From assembly GCA_001805445.1 (NCBI GenBank), contig MHGF01000029.1:68270-132269 (forward strand): a stretch of 64,000 nucleotides of DNA, read 5' to 3'. The notes under the pieces were generated by a model, which had not been told where the DNA came from, did not search any database, and saw only the letters and a list, made by a program, of their open reading frames with translations. How positions within the stretch are numbered: position 1 is the first letter of the stretch; every line of letters starts with the position of its first letter. The DNA comes from Omnitrophica WOR_2 bacterium GWF2_43_52. GTDB taxonomy: Bacteria > Omnitrophota > Gorgyraeia > Gygaellales > UBA12090. Positions 1 to 10,591 of the stretch are shown in pieces. The position numbers and the translations under genes are program-made.

Positions 1-85
1 ATTTTGGCAGGACCGAGCCGGAATTTAGCTGGGAATTGACCGATAAGGCGCAGCTTTTAAAAAAGCAAGCAGCCAAGTTATAAAA

Positions 86-153
86 CGAGAGACGAAAGAC
101 GAGGGACGTAGGACGAACAAAAACGTCTTACGTCTTTCATCCCTCGTCCTTCG
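86..153. repeat. Fold-back k-mer array (family G, GACG/CGTC units) in ahcY leader
   Basis: Left half has repeated gacga/gacg units. Right half has the complementary cgtc/tcgtc units. A 14/15 inverted match: acgaaagacgaggga / tccctcgtccttcgt. Confidence 0.6.
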
Positions 154-178
154 TAAATTAAAAATAACAGGAGTATAC

Positions 179-1435
179 ATGGACTATGATGTTAAGGATA
201 TAAAATTATCTACGGCCGGACGATTAAGGATTGAGTGGGCAAGCAACAATATGCCGGTATTAAAACTTATCAAAAAAAGGTTCAGCAAAGAAAAACCGTT
301 GCGGGGAACGCGTGTTGTTGCCTGTCTTCATGTGACTACGGAAACAGGGGTGTTGATGGATGTGTTAAAGACAGGCGGCGCGGAAATACGCCTGTGCGCG
401 TCTAACCCTTTATCGACGCAGGATGATGTTGCGGCATCATTGGTAAAAGATTTCAAAATCGCGACCTTTTCCATTAAGGGCGAAGATACACGGACATACT
501 ATCACCATATCAACAGCGCGTTGGATGGAAAGCCCACTCTTACTATGGATGATGGCGCGGACATCGTTTCGACTATTCACCAAAAGAGAGAAGATTTGTT
601 ATCCGATATATTGGGGGGAACCGAGGAGACAACGACCGGCGTGATTCGCTTGCGGGCAATGCAAAAAGATGGAAAGCTGCACTATCCCATTATCGCGGTT
701 AATGACGCCCAGACCAAGCATCTTTTTGACAATCGTTACGGCACAGGACAATCTACCATTGATGGGATAATCCGCGCGACCAATACATTAATCGCTGGAT
801 GCGCTTTTGTAGTCTGCGGCTATGGCTGGTGCGGTAAGGGTGTGGCGATGCGCGCCCGCGGCATGGGAGCAAGAGTTATCGTGGTTGAAGTAGATGCCAT
901 AAGAGCGTTAGAGGCGACTATGGACGGTTATGAGGTGATGCCTATTGGGGAAGCGGCAGAAATCGGAGAGATATTTTTGACTGTTACCGGCGATATCAGT
1001 GTTATCCGTAAAGAGCATTTTACCAAGATGAAAGACGGCGCGATTGTGGCTAACTCCGGGCATTTTAATGTGGAAATAGATATTCCGGCTTTAGAGGGCT
1101 TAAGCAAAAAGAAAAGGACCCTCCGTAATTTTGTGGAAGAATATACGTTGGCTAGCGGCAGGAGGATTTATCTTTTAGGCGAGGGTCGTCTCATTAACCT
1201 TGCTTCCGCGGAGGGGCATCCGGCAAGCGTTATGGATATGTCGTTTGCCAATCAGGCGCTGTCTGCCGAATATATCGTAAAAAAACATAAAGAGTTAGAG
1301 CACGCGGTGTATTCAGTGCCAAAGCATATTGATGAAAACATCGCTAAGCTGAAATTAGACTCAATGGGGATAAAGATTGATACGTTGACCGCGAAACAGG
1401 AAAAATATCTTTCCAGTTGGGAAGAGGGAACGTAG
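179..1435 (+). CDS. ahcY: Adenosylhomocysteinase
   Basis: 418 aa. N-terminal [20 protein letters not shown] and the NAD-binding GYGWCGKG motif are typical of S-adenosylhomocysteine hydrolase. AGGAG RBS upstream. Confidence 0.93.
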   Translation: MDYDVKDIKLSTAGRLRIEWASNNMPVLKLIKKRFSKEKPLRGTRVVACLHVTTETGVLMDVLKTGGAEIRLCASNPLSTQDDVAASLVKDFKIATFSIKGEDTRTYYHHINSALDGKPTLTMDDGADIVSTIHQKREDLLSDILGGTEETTTGVIRLRAMQKDGKLHYPIIAVNDAQTKHLFDNRYGTGQSTIDGIIRATNTLIAGCAFVVCGYGWCGKGVAMRARGMGARVIVVEVDAIRALEATMDGYEVMPIGEAAEIGEIFLTVTGDISVIRKEHFTKMKDGAIVANSGHFNVEIDIPALEGLSKKKRTLRNFVEEYTLASGRRIYLLGEGRLINLASAEGHPASVMDMSFANQALSAEYIVKKHKELEHAVYSVPKHIDENIAKLKLDSMGIKIDTLTAKQEKYLSSWEEGT

Positions 1436-1534
1436 GTTTATTGCAAGGCAGGGCTTCCCTAAAATAAAGCTTTGTCTTAGAAGCTCGCAGAATAGCGAGC
1501 TAGTAATATGTTAAAAACGCCTGCCTGTGGCAGT

Positions 1535-1670
1535 CAGGGGTATCAGGATACTGGGAGATTGGGATTTGGGAATCGGGGAAGCCGGGAATTTCGATTTTTT
1601 CCTTATATCCTGATATCCTAGTCTCCAAACCCTAATTCCCTGATTCACCTAATTTCCTCATTTTCATGGT
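1535..1670. repeat. Fold-back k-mer array family A (GGGATTT/GGGAAT/AGGATAT units, then their complements), copy 1
   Basis: gggatttgggaatcggggaa ... ccctaattccctgattcacctaatttcc. The same architecture and units recur at 20.04 kb, 23.27 kb and 62.0 kb. Confidence 0.75.
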
Positions 1671-1703
1671 TATTTACACATAGTATGATAGGAGGCACGC
1701 AGA

Positions 1704-3833
1704 ATGAAGCTAAAACATAAAACAGGAGTTTCCTTGTTTTTATTTCTAGCGTTTGTTATCAGTATACCTGCGCTGCTTCTGGCCGGAGGGTTACAGGAAA
1801 AGATTCAGCAAAAGATTAATGCCTCGAAGAATATGCAGCAGGCTGCTCAGTACGAGCCGTATTATGTGGATAATGAGCAGCAGAGTAATAAGCCGCAAGA
1901 AGAAGGCAAGAGCCAGCAAGCGCGGAAAGCGGCAAAGGCTGACCGGGATGTTTCCGCTGACATGCTTCAAAGGGCGGAAGGAAACGCGCCGGTGTTTTCT
2001 TCGTACGCAATCTACAGAACAGATTATAAGGCGGAAATAGAAGAAGATGTGGTAACGGTTAAAGGCAGTATTGTTTTTGAGGTTTTTAAAAAGGGATGGA
2101 CGCAGATTCCTCTGGCAAAGAATACTGTAGGGCTTATTGAAGTAAGCGTAAACAGAGGAACTTCTTTTGTGGTCATGCAGTCAGGAAAATATTACCTGAT
2201 GATAGATAAACCGGGCAGGTATACTTTGGATATGGAGTTTTTAATCAAGGCTTCCCGAGAAAGAGAAAATGGCCCGGGGAATTTCAGCTTTGAATCTATT
2301 CCCGCGCCGATTTCCCAGTTTGAGTTTGCTATGGAAGAGGATGATGTAGAGATATTTGTTGAGCCTTCAATCAGGCTGGAGGTAAAGAAAGCGCCTAAGA
2401 AGACGGTTGCCTGGGCGGTCATGCCCAATACCAATACCATAACCGTGCGCTGGTCAAAGGCCCTTCCGAAAGAGACTATTACCCCTGTTAAATTGGAGCC
2501 AAAGGTGTACGTGGATACGGTAAGCTCTGTTTCTATTGGTGAAGGCTTGATACGTTGTCAGTCTATCTTAAATTATTCCATACTGCAGTCAGAAATTTCC
2601 AACGCGCGCATTGCCTTGCCGGAAGATATCGCTATCCTTGATGTCCAGGGAAAAAATTTGCGGGATTGGAAAATTTCCCAGAAAGAAAACCTGCAGTATG
2701 TGGATGTCTATTTTACTTTTGGCACAAAAGGTAATTATACCCTTAACGTAACCTACGAAAGAAAAATCGGAGACGGCTCGGTCGTCGCGCAGATCCCCTG
2801 GATTCAAGCTTTGGGAGCAGAAAGGGAAAAAGGTTTTCTTGGCTTAGCCGCGGCAACAAATGTAGAGCTGGCGATAAATAAAACCGAAAATGCCACGCTT
2901 ATTGATGTAAAAGAATTACCCTCCTCGCTTTGGGGCATGACGGCTAATCCGATTCTCCTGGCTTTTAAATACCTGAAGCATCCCTTTACCATCGCGATAG
3001 ATGTTACCAAACATGAAGAAGTGCCTGTGCTGGTGGCGACGATTGATTCCGCTGCTTTTGTTACCTTGCAGACCAATGAAGGTAAAAGCCTTACCAAAGC
3101 AATTTACCAGCTCAGAAATAACGTCAAACAATATCTCCGATTGACGCTGCCTGAGGAATCTGTTTTATGGAGCGTATTCGTGGCGGGTAAGCCGGTAAAG
3201 CCAGCCAAAGACAAGAATGGGCATATTCTCATTCCTTTAGAAAAATCGCAGTTAAGGGAAGAAGGGCTTACGCAGTTTCCGGTAGAAATTGTGTATTTAG
3301 ATAAAACCCCTACCATGAAATTTTTGGGAAACATAAAACTTAATTTACCGCAAAACGATATACCAATAAGCAGTTTGCAGTGGTCGCTTTATTTACCATC
3401 TGAGTATGCTTATTTTAACTTTGGCGGAGATGTTAAGCAGGTGAAGGCGAGTATGTTCCCTGTTGCCGATGATTTTAGAACTAAAGAAAGGGCGCCAATG
3501 TCAAAAGCCGCTGGCTATAGGCTTGAATCAAATGTTGGCCAGCAGTTTGCCGGACAGTCTGTGGTGACGGAGGGTTTTTATGATGAGGTGCAATCCGCGC
3601 AGATGAAAGGGGTATTACCCATTAGGATTGATATTCCACAAGAGGGCAAGCTTTTTTATTTTTCAAAATTAATAGTGACTGAGAAGGAAAGCCCTAGTGT
3701 ATCGGTAAGGTATTGTAAGGCGTTTCGTCACGCCTTTACTATAGTAAAACTTTTACTGTTAGTCATTGTTATCGTTCTTTTTGCCGCGGGGCTAAAAAAA
3801 ATATTTCCTAAAATGAGCCGGCAGGGATCGTGA
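1704..3833 (+). CDS. Large exported/membrane-anchored protein of unknown function (N-terminal signal anchor, C-terminal TM helix)
   Basis: 709-aa ORF. Hydrophobic N-terminus VSLFLFLAFVISIPALLLAG. C-terminal hydrophobic helix LLLLVIVIVLFAAGL. No recognisable catalytic motif. Confidence 0.6.
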   Translation: MKLKHKTGVSLFLFLAFVISIPALLLAGGLQEKIQQKINASKNMQQAAQYEPYYVDNEQQSNKPQEEGKSQQARKAAKADRDVSADMLQRAEGNAPVFSSYAIYRTDYKAEIEEDVVTVKGSIVFEVFKKGWTQIPLAKNTVGLIEVSVNRGTSFVVMQSGKYYLMIDKPGRYTLDMEFLIKASRERENGPGNFSFESIPAPISQFEFAMEEDDVEIFVEPSIRLEVKKAPKKTVAWAVMPNTNTITVRWSKALPKETITPVKLEPKVYVDTVSSVSIGEGLIRCQSILNYSILQSEISNARIALPEDIAILDVQGKNLRDWKISQKENLQYVDVYFTFGTKGNYTLNVTYERKIGDGSVVAQIPWIQALGAEREKGFLGLAAATNVELAINKTENATLIDVKELPSSLWGMTANPILLAFKYLKHPFTIAIDVTKHEEVPVLVATIDSAAFVTLQTNEGKSLTKAIYQLRNNVKQYLRLTLPEESVLWSVFVAGKPVKPAKDKNGHILIPLEKSQLREEGLTQFPVEIVYLDKTPTMKFLGNIKLNLPQNDIPISSLQWSLYLPSEYAYFNFGGDVKQVKASMFPVADDFRTKERAPMSKAAGYRLESNVGQQFAGQSVVTEGFYDEVQSAQMKGVLPIRIDIPQEGKLFYFSKLIVTEKESPSVSVRYCKAFRHAFTIVKLLLLVIVIVLFAAGLKKIFPKMSRQGS

Positions 3834-3851
3834 AAATTAGGCAAAAATAAT

Positions 3852-4817
3852 ATGGCACTAAAGAAAATCGGGGTCTTAACCGCTGGCGGCGATGCCCCGG
3901 GAATGAATGCGGCTATCCGCAGTGTGGTTAGATACGCGCTAAGCAGGAAAATAGAGGTTACCGGGATATTCCGCGGCTGGTGGGGCCTCATTAATGAAGA
4001 AATAAAGCCTTTAGACCATCGTTCGGTCTCTGGTATCATTAATCAGGGAGGCACGATACTTAAGACCGCGCGCTGCGCTGAATTTAAAACCGAGGAAGGC
4101 CAATCGCGGGCATATCAGACAGTAAAGAAAGATTCGATTGACGCGCTTGTAGTTATTGGAGGCGACGGCAGTTTCCGGGGGGCATACGAGTTTTATAAAA
4201 AATACAATGTCCCTTGCGTAGGTATTCCCGCGTCAATTGATAATGACATAAACGGCATAGATGAAACTATTGGAGCGGATACCGCAATCAATACTGCTCT
4301 TTTGGCAATTGATAATATCCGAGATACCGCAACCTCAATGGAGAGAATTTTTGTAGTTGAGGTGATGGGGAGAAGCTCAGGCTATATTGCCTTACAAGTG
4401 GCATTAGCCGGCGGATGTGAAGACGTCATTATCCCGGAACGGGAATTAAATTTAGAAAGTATGTGCCATGGCATTGTGGAGGGAAACATAAGGGGAAAAA
4501 TCAGCTGGATTGTAGTCGTGGCTGAGGGCGCGGCAAAGGCGCAAGACATTGCCCGAAAGATAACAGAAATGACCAGCCTTGAGACCCGCGAGGTGGTTTT
4601 AGGCCATGTGCAAAGGGGTGGCCGCCCCACGGCATTTAGCCGGGCATTGGCGCTGGGCCTGGGACATGCGGCAGTTGATTGCCTGTTGCGCGGTGAAACA
4701 CATAAGGTGGTCGGGATTAAGGACAGTAAGATTATAGTGCTTGATTTGGAAACCGCGATACGAAAGAAAGATTTAAAAGTAGACCATTTTTATAATTTGG
4801 TTAAGGTGCTCACATAG
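3852..4817 (+). CDS. pfkA: ATP-dependent 6-phosphofructokinase
   Basis: N-terminal KIGVLTAGGDAPGMNAAIR and the GGDGS motif. 321 aa. Confidence 0.92.
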   Translation: MALKKIGVLTAGGDAPGMNAAIRSVVRYALSRKIEVTGIFRGWWGLINEEIKPLDHRSVSGIINQGGTILKTARCAEFKTEEGQSRAYQTVKKDSIDALVVIGGDGSFRGAYEFYKKYNVPCVGIPASIDNDINGIDETIGADTAINTALLAIDNIRDTATSMERIFVVEVMGRSSGYIALQVALAGGCEDVIIPERELNLESMCHGIVEGNIRGKISWIVVVAEGAAKAQDIARKITEMTSLETREVVLGHVQRGGRPTAFSRALALGLGHAAVDCLLRGETHKVVGIKDSKIIVLDLETAIRKKDLKVDHFYNLVKVLT

Positions 4818-4837
4818 GTATGGTTAAATAAACACAA

Positions 4838-4925
4838 ATTCCCACGAATAAAAAGCCGAATTAACACGAATTCTCGTTGAAAGTAATTCGTGGAAATTCG
4901 TGTGTGATTCGTGTTAATTCGTGAT
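4838..4925. repeat. Fold-back k-mer array family B (CACGAAT / ATTCGTG units), copy 1
   Basis: cccacgaataaaaagccgaattaacacgaatt ... aattcgtggaaattcgtgtgtgattcgtgttaattcgtga. Related copies at 9.8 kb, 10.4 kb and 60.6 kb. Confidence 0.75.
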
Positions 4926-4983
4926 AGTAAAATTAGGTAGTGTATTTGTATTGATAACATAATTGAAAGGAGAGTTTTAAGAG

Positions 4984-6309
4984 ATGGCTAGGCGTGGAAA
5001 AGATATAAGCGGTTTTGTGAAAGACTTAATCGCGATAGATGATGTTGAAACCAAGAAGAGGATTTATAAAAAGATTTTAGGGATTGCCTATAAGAGCGGT
5101 ATTTATCCGGCATCCATACATGATTTTTATAGTGCCCGGGCAAAAGAAGGCTTTGGCGGGTTTACTGTGCCGGCAATCAATTTACGTTCTATGACCTATG
5201 ATTTGGCACGGGCACTATTCAGAGTAGCCCAGCGTAATAACTCAGGGGCGTTTATTTTTGAAATTGCCAAGAGCGAAATGGGCTATACCAGCCAGCCGCC
5301 CTGTGAATATGGAGCCATGATACTGGCAGCGGCAATTAAGGAAGGTTACTCAGGCCCTGTGTTTATCCAGGCAGACCACACCCAGGTGAATATCAAGAAA
5401 TTTAAGGAAAATCCGGAAAAAGAAATAGAAACTTTGCAGGCCCTCATTGCTGAGGCAATTGAGTTCGGTTTTTATAACATAGACATAGATTCATCAACGC
5501 TCGTTGATTTATCGCAATCGAGCGTAAAAAAGCAGCAATATTATAATTTTGATACCTGTGCCAAGCTAACCCAGTTTATCCGGCGGATTGAGCCTAGAGG
5601 AATCACCGTTTCCGTAGGAGGAGAGATTGGCGAGGTTGGGCATAAGAATTCAACGCCTGAGGAGCTGCGGGTATTTATGGATGGTTTTAAGGAGAGGCTG
5701 CGAAAAGGATTAATCGGCATAAGCAAAATTTCTGTGCAGACCGGCACGTCTCATGGCGGAGTGGTCCTGCCTGACGGCACTATTGCCCAGGTAGCCCTTG
5801 ATTTTGACACCTTAAAGGCGTTATCTGAAATTGCCAGAAAAGAATTTGGCTTAGCCGGCGCGGTTCAGCATGGAGCATCAACATTGCCGTCAGAGGCATT
5901 CCATAAATTCGCGGAATGTGAAACTGCTGAAGTGCACCTGGCGACCGAATTTCAGAATATGATCTATGACTCACCACACTTTCCTCATGAGTTAAAAGAA
6001 AAGATTTACGCGTGGCTTAAAGTAAATGCCGCCTCAGAAAAAAAAGAGGGCGAAACCGATGAGCAGTTTTTCTACAAAACAAGAAAGAAGGCGTTAGGGC
6101 CGTTTAAGCGCGATATTATGGGCTTAGCCGATTCAGTCAGGGACGCGATCGCGGGAGAAATAGAAAAAAAATTTGAGTTTCTTTTTAAACAGCTTGCTAT
6201 GATTAATAAAAAAGAACTGGTAGATAAATATGTGAGCCTCAAGAGAGTTATTTCTCGCAAAAGAAAAGAAGGCGCGCAGGTAGTGCATGACGGAGAAGGG
6301 GCAGATTAA
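4984..6309 (+). CDS. Class II fructose/tagatose-bisphosphate aldolase family protein (long form)
   Basis: FTVPAINLRSMTYD resembles the class II aldolase PAFN motif. Also IQADHTQ (DH zinc ligand region) and GGEIGEVG. 441 aa, longer than canonical FbaA. Adjacent to pfkA. Confidence 0.6.
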   Translation: MARRGKDISGFVKDLIAIDDVETKKRIYKKILGIAYKSGIYPASIHDFYSARAKEGFGGFTVPAINLRSMTYDLARALFRVAQRNNSGAFIFEIAKSEMGYTSQPPCEYGAMILAAAIKEGYSGPVFIQADHTQVNIKKFKENPEKEIETLQALIAEAIEFGFYNIDIDSSTLVDLSQSSVKKQQYYNFDTCAKLTQFIRRIEPRGITVSVGGEIGEVGHKNSTPEELRVFMDGFKERLRKGLIGISKISVQTGTSHGGVVLPDGTIAQVALDFDTLKALSEIARKEFGLAGAVQHGASTLPSEAFHKFAECETAEVHLATEFQNMIYDSPHFPHELKEKIYAWLKVNAASEKKEGETDEQFFYKTRKKALGPFKRDIMGLADSVRDAIAGEIEKKFEFLFKQLAMINKKELVDKYVSLKRVISRKRKEGAQVVHDGEGAD

Positions 6310-6312
6310 AAA

Positions 6313-6388
6313 AGTCACCTGGTCACAATGTCACCAGTCACCAGTAAAAAAACCGGTGACTTTGTGACGTGGTGACTTGGTGACCAGT
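6313..6388. repeat. Fold-back k-mer array family D (GTCACC / GGTGAC units)
   Basis: gtcacctggtcacaatgtcaccagtcaccagt ... ccggtgactttgtgacgtggtgacttggtgaccagt. Confidence 0.7.
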
Positions 6389-6401
6389 ACATTGAAAGAA
6401 G

Positions 6402-8063
6402 GTGGCTATGCGTTCGGATACAATTAAAAAGGGGGTTGAGCGAATTCCTCATAGGGCATTGCTTTTTGCAACTGGGATTACCCGGGAGGATTTAAGCAAG
6501 CCGTTTATCGGCATCGCCTCAAGTTTTACTGACCTTGTCCCGGGACATACCCAAATGCGCCCTTTGGAGCAGGCGATTGAAAACGGAATTTACGCCGGAG
6601 GCGGCAGGCCCTTTGTATTCGGTATCCCCGGTATTTGCGATGGGATTGCTATGGGGCATGCCGGAATGCATTATTCTTTGGCCTCACGTGAGCTTATCGC
6701 GGATATGGTTGAATCTATCGCCAATGCCCATTGTCTGGATGGATTAGTGCTTTTAACCAACTGCGACAAAATTACTCCCGGCATGCTTATGGCTGTGGCG
6801 CGGCTTAATATACCTTCGGTGGTGGTTACTGCCGGGCCTATGGTCACAGGGCGATTGCGCGGTAAACGCTTATCACTTGTGCGTGATACCTTTGAAGCGG
6901 TAGCCAAGGCAAAAAAGGGAGAGATTTCTAAGAAAGAGATTGAAACGATAGAGATGTGTGCCTGCCCCGGCTCCGGTTCCTGCCAGGGGCTCTATACTGC
7001 TAATACGATGGCGTGCCTTACCGAAACCATGGGGATGAGTTTAACCGGTTGCGCCACCAGTATGGTGGCTTTAGCCAAAAAAGAACGGATTGCTTTTGAA
7101 TCCGGCAAGAGGGCGGTGTACCTGGTGCAAAAAGATATCAAACCTCGCTCTATTATGAATAAGAACGCCTTTTATAACGCGGTTACGGTAGATATGGCAT
7201 TAGGAGGTTCCTCAAATACTGTCTTGCATTTATTAGCCATTGCCAATGACGCGGGGGTAGATTTGCCTTTGTCTGTTTTTGATGAAATATCTAAAACTAC
7301 GCCAAATATTTGTTCACTTGAGCCGTCAGGAAATTTTTATATGGAAGACTTGGAATACGCAGGAGGTATCCCTGCCGTATTAAAGCGGCTTAAGGAGAGG
7401 CTGAAAAATAATCCCACGGTCAATGCCAAGAGCATTTATGCTATCGCTGATGAAGCAGAGATTTTCGATAACGACGTTATCCGGCCTTTGGATAAGCCTT
7501 ACCATAAAGAAGGAGGGATTGCTGTTCTTTATGGCAACCTGGCACCCAGCGGCGCTGTAGTAAAACAAGCGGCTGTTTCAGAAAAGATGAAGGTTTTTTC
7601 CGGAAAAGCAATTTGCTTTAATTCTGAAGAGGAAGCAATGAAGGCGATTTTAAACGGAGAAATCCATAAAGGCCATGTCGTAGTCATCCGCTATGAAGGC
7701 CCTGCTGGAGGACCGGGTATGCGCGAGATGCTTTCTCCAACGAGCGCGATTGTAGGGATGGGGTTATCTGATGATGTCGCACTTATTACAGACGGGCGTT
7801 TTTCCGGAGGTACCCGCGGCCCTTGCATCGGCCATATCTCGCCGGAAGCCCAAGGATGCGGCCCGATAGCCGCAATACACGACGGCGACCTGATTAAGAT
7901 TGATATACTGAGGAGGAAATTAGATATCGCCATAAGCGATAAGGAATTACAAGAGCGTTTAAGTAAATGCAAACCGCACAAGCCAAAGATCACCACAGGC
8001 TATTTATCGCGCTATGCAAGGCTTGTTTCTTCGGCGGATAAGGGAGCCATCTTAAACTGTTAA
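6402..8063 (+). CDS. ilvD: Dihydroxy-acid dehydratase
   Basis: 553 aa. Has the CDGIAMGH and CPGSGSC Fe-S ligand motifs of the IlvD/EDD family. Confidence 0.93.
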   Translation: MAMRSDTIKKGVERIPHRALLFATGITREDLSKPFIGIASSFTDLVPGHTQMRPLEQAIENGIYAGGGRPFVFGIPGICDGIAMGHAGMHYSLASRELIADMVESIANAHCLDGLVLLTNCDKITPGMLMAVARLNIPSVVVTAGPMVTGRLRGKRLSLVRDTFEAVAKAKKGEISKKEIETIEMCACPGSGSCQGLYTANTMACLTETMGMSLTGCATSMVALAKKERIAFESGKRAVYLVQKDIKPRSIMNKNAFYNAVTVDMALGGSSNTVLHLLAIANDAGVDLPLSVFDEISKTTPNICSLEPSGNFYMEDLEYAGGIPAVLKRLKERLKNNPTVNAKSIYAIADEAEIFDNDVIRPLDKPYHKEGGIAVLYGNLAPSGAVVKQAAVSEKMKVFSGKAICFNSEEEAMKAILNGEIHKGHVVVIRYEGPAGGPGMREMLSPTSAIVGMGLSDDVALITDGRFSGGTRGPCIGHISPEAQGCGPIAAIHDGDLIKIDILRRKLDIAISDKELQERLSKCKPHKPKITTGYLSRYARLVSSADKGAILNC

Positions 8064-8128
8064 ACTGTTACATTGTTAAAGTGTTAAAGTGTTAAACAGT
8101 TTAGCCATTTAGCAGTTTAACAGTTTTA
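8053..8128. repeat. Fold-back k-mer array family E (AACTGTT / AACAGTT units), copy 1
   Basis: aaactgttaaactgttacattgttaaagtgttaaagtgttaaacagtttagccatttagcagtttaacagtttt. A related copy at 43.94 kb splits the transketolase subunits. Confidence 0.7.
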
Positions 8129-8145
8129 AATGTAGCAATGAAAAT

Positions 8146-9813
8146 ATGACTGGCGCGCAAATATTAATTGAGTGTTTGGAACGTGAAGGGGTAGAGGTTA
8201 TGTTTGGCTATCCCGGGGGAGTGGTGCTGCCTATTTTTGACAAGCTCTATGACTCTAAAATACGTTTTATTTTAACCCGCCATGAGCAAGGGGCGGCGCA
8301 CGCGGCAGACGGCTATGCCCGGGCAACCGGTAAAGTGGGAGTCTGCCTTGCTACGTCAGGGCCGGGGGCAACGAACCTTACTACCGGAATTGCCAATGCC
8401 TATATGGATTCTATTCCTATGGTGGCAATCACAGGACAGGTAAAGACCTTCCTTATCGGAAATGACGCCTTTCAGGAAGCAGATATTACCGGGATTACCA
8501 GGTCTATTTCCAAGCATAATTATTTGGTGAAGGATGTGAAGGATTTGGCCTTAGTAGTGCGTGAAGCATTTCATCTTGCCTTAACGGGAAGGCCGGGCCC
8601 GGTGGTAATTGATTTGCCTGTTGATGTTCAGCAGGCGGAGTGTGATTTCCTGTGGCCGCAGGAGGTTTTTATCCGCGGATATAAACCTACTCTTTTTGGC
8701 CATCCCGGCCAAATCAAAAAGGCGGCAAGGTTGATTGCGGCGTCAAAGCGCCCCATTCTTTATATCGGCGGAGGAGTGATTATTTCTGGGGCGCATCAGG
8801 AAGTGAAAGAATTAGCGGAAACAATTCTTGCGCCGGTGACAATGACGATGATGGGGTTAGGCGCTTTTCCGGGAACGCACGAATTATCATTAGGGATGCT
8901 GGGTATGCACGGGACAGCCTACGCGAATCACGCGACTATGGAGTCGGATTTAATTATTGCCATTGGCGCGCGTTTTGATGACAGGGTTACCGGAAGGGTT
9001 TCCTCTTTCGCTCCACATGCTAAGATAATCCATATTGATATTGACCCTACGTCTATCAGCAAGACTGTGCGGGTAGATATCCCTATTGTAGGAGACGCTA
9101 AGAATATTCTAGGCCAGCTCTTAGAAGAGATAAAAAAGAAGCCAGATACTAAGAAATGGCTTGAGCAGGTTAAAGAGTGGAAGGCAAAACATCCTTTACG
9201 CTATCGCGATGAAGGCAATAGGATTAAGCCGCAGTTTGTGATAGAACAGATTTATGAGGTTACCAAAGGCGAGGCGATTATTACCACGGAAGTCGGGCAA
9301 AACCAGATGTGGAGTTGTCAATGGTATAAATATACTAAGCCGCGCACTTTTATTTCAAGCGGCGGGCTTGGTACTATGGGTTTTGGGTTTCCCGCGGCAA
9401 TGGGGGTAAAGGTAGCTTGCCCGGATAAAATCGTGTTTGATATTGCCGGTGATGGTTCGATACAGATGAATAGCCAGGAGCTTATGACGGTGGTCTGTAA
9501 TAAAATACCGGTAAAAATCGCGATTCTTAATAATGGATACCTAGGAATGGTGAGGCAGTGGCAGGAGCTATTTTATAAGAAGCGGTATTCTTCAGTGAAG
9601 CTTTGTAATCCTGATTTTGTGAAGTTAGCTGAAAGCTATGGCGCTGTCGGAATGCGTATAACCAAAAAAGAAGATGTGCGTGCCGCGATTAAAAAGGCAA
9701 TAGCAATTGATAACACTGTGATGCTTGATTTTGTGGTTGAGGAAGAGGAGAATGTGTATCCTATGGTGCCGGCAGGTGAAGCCATTAATCGAATGATCGG
9801 CGGCATGGCGTGA
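8146..9813 (+). CDS. ilvB: Acetolactate synthase large subunit
   Basis: 555 aa TPP enzyme. GYPGG, HEQGAAHAADGYARA and GLGTMGFGFPAAMG motifs. Confidence 0.9.
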   Translation: MTGAQILIECLEREGVEVMFGYPGGVVLPIFDKLYDSKIRFILTRHEQGAAHAADGYARATGKVGVCLATSGPGATNLTTGIANAYMDSIPMVAITGQVKTFLIGNDAFQEADITGITRSISKHNYLVKDVKDLALVVREAFHLALTGRPGPVVIDLPVDVQQAECDFLWPQEVFIRGYKPTLFGHPGQIKKAARLIAASKRPILYIGGGVIISGAHQEVKELAETILAPVTMTMMGLGAFPGTHELSLGMLGMHGTAYANHATMESDLIIAIGARFDDRVTGRVSSFAPHAKIIHIDIDPTSISKTVRVDIPIVGDAKNILGQLLEEIKKKPDTKKWLEQVKEWKAKHPLRYRDEGNRIKPQFVIEQIYEVTKGEAIITTEVGQNQMWSCQWYKYTKPRTFISSGGLGTMGFGFPAAMGVKVACPDKIVFDIAGDGSIQMNSQELMTVVCNKIPVKIAILNNGYLGMVRQWQELFYKKRYSSVKLCNPDFVKLAESYGAVGMRITKKEDVRAAIKKAIAIDNTVMLDFVVEEEENVYPMVPAGEAINRMIGGMA

Positions 9814-9895
9814 ACGCGAATAGACGCGAATTATAAATCGAATTTACACGAATACATTCGTGATAATTTTGTTTTTGATTCGTGTTAATTCGTGT
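9814..9895. repeat. Fold-back k-mer array family B, copy 2
   Basis: acgcgaatagacgcgaatt ... cacgaatacattcgtga ... gattcgtgttaattcgtgt. It separates ilvB from ilvN. Confidence 0.7.
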
Positions 9896-9915
9896 ATGAG
9901 GAGCGGTAGCGACGA

Positions 9916-10389
9916 GTGAAACATACAATATCAGTTATCGTGGAAAATAAGTTCGGGGTCCTGGCGCGTATTGCCGGGTTGTTTAGCGCTAGAGGTTACA
10001 ATATAGCTTCGTTAGCGGTGAGCGAAACGCACGACCCCGCGATATCGTGCATGACCATTGTCGTGGACGCCGAAGATGAGAAAATATTGGAGCAGATAAA
10101 AAAACAGCTTAATAGGCTTATTGATGTGCTTACCGTTACTGATTTTACCAAAAAAGAGCATGTTGAGAGAGAGTTAATTTTAGCAACGGTCGCGTATTCG
10201 GCTAAAACAAAGGCTGCGTTAGAAGGCCTCTTGGATAAATATAAGGCAATCATCGTTAAGCGTAAAAAAAATAGCGTGATAATTGAGTTTATGGGAGAGC
10301 AGGGTGTTATTAAAGAATTGCTTCGCGAATTAAGCCGGTTTGGGATTAAGGAGCTCATCCGGACAGGAAGAATCGCGATGGCGGTGTAA
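9916..10389 (+). CDS. ilvN: Acetolactate synthase small (regulatory) subunit, ACT domain
   Basis: ISVIVENKFGVLARIAGLFSARGYNI, the typical IlvH/IlvN ACT fold. GTG start. Confidence 0.85.
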   Translation: MKHTISVIVENKFGVLARIAGLFSARGYNIASLAVSETHDPAISCMTIVVDAEDEKILEQIKKQLNRLIDVLTVTDFTKKEHVERELILATVAYSAKTKAALEGLLDKYKAIIVKRKKNSVIIEFMGEQGVIKELLRELSRFGIKELIRTGRIAMAV

Positions 10390-10402
10390 GGCCTGCTACT
10401 AC

Positions 10403-10540
10403 GAACGCAAAAAATAAATTGATATTGTTAAGCACGAATTAATACGAATTGCACACGAATCAAAAGCCGAATTACCACAAATAAAAAACGAGATTTAATT
10501 CGTGTGTATTTGTGTGTAATTTGTGCAAATTCGTGTTAAA
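10403..10540. repeat. Fold-back k-mer array family B, copy 3
   Basis: acgaacgc ... agcacgaattaatacgaattgcacacgaatcaaaagccgaatta ... aattcgtgtgtatttgtgtgtaatttgtgcaaattcgtgtt. Shares the aaagccgaatta core with copy 1. Confidence 0.7.
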
Positions 10541-10591
10541 TGTAAAGCTATTTATTCGTTTGTATTAACCAAGCAGAGAAAGGGGTTATCC

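Noticed and set aside
86-153. SAH riboswitch in the ahcY 5' leader
   Set aside because: The structured element is built from GACG/CGTC units like the other k-mer fold-back arrays. It lacks the conserved SAH-riboswitch core sequences as I recall them (GAGGAGCG / CAGGCUCGG / ACGGCGCUC). A covariance-model search would settle it.
1535-1670. CRISPR array interpretation of the family A/B short-repeat blocks
   Set aside because: The units are degenerate 5-8-mers without unique spacers. The second half of each block is the reverse complement of the first, which is a fold-back, not a repeat-spacer architecture. There are no cas genes.
1753-3334. Small ORFs nested in the 709-aa gene on both strands
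   Set aside because: They are overlapping-frame artefacts inside a long continuous ORF.
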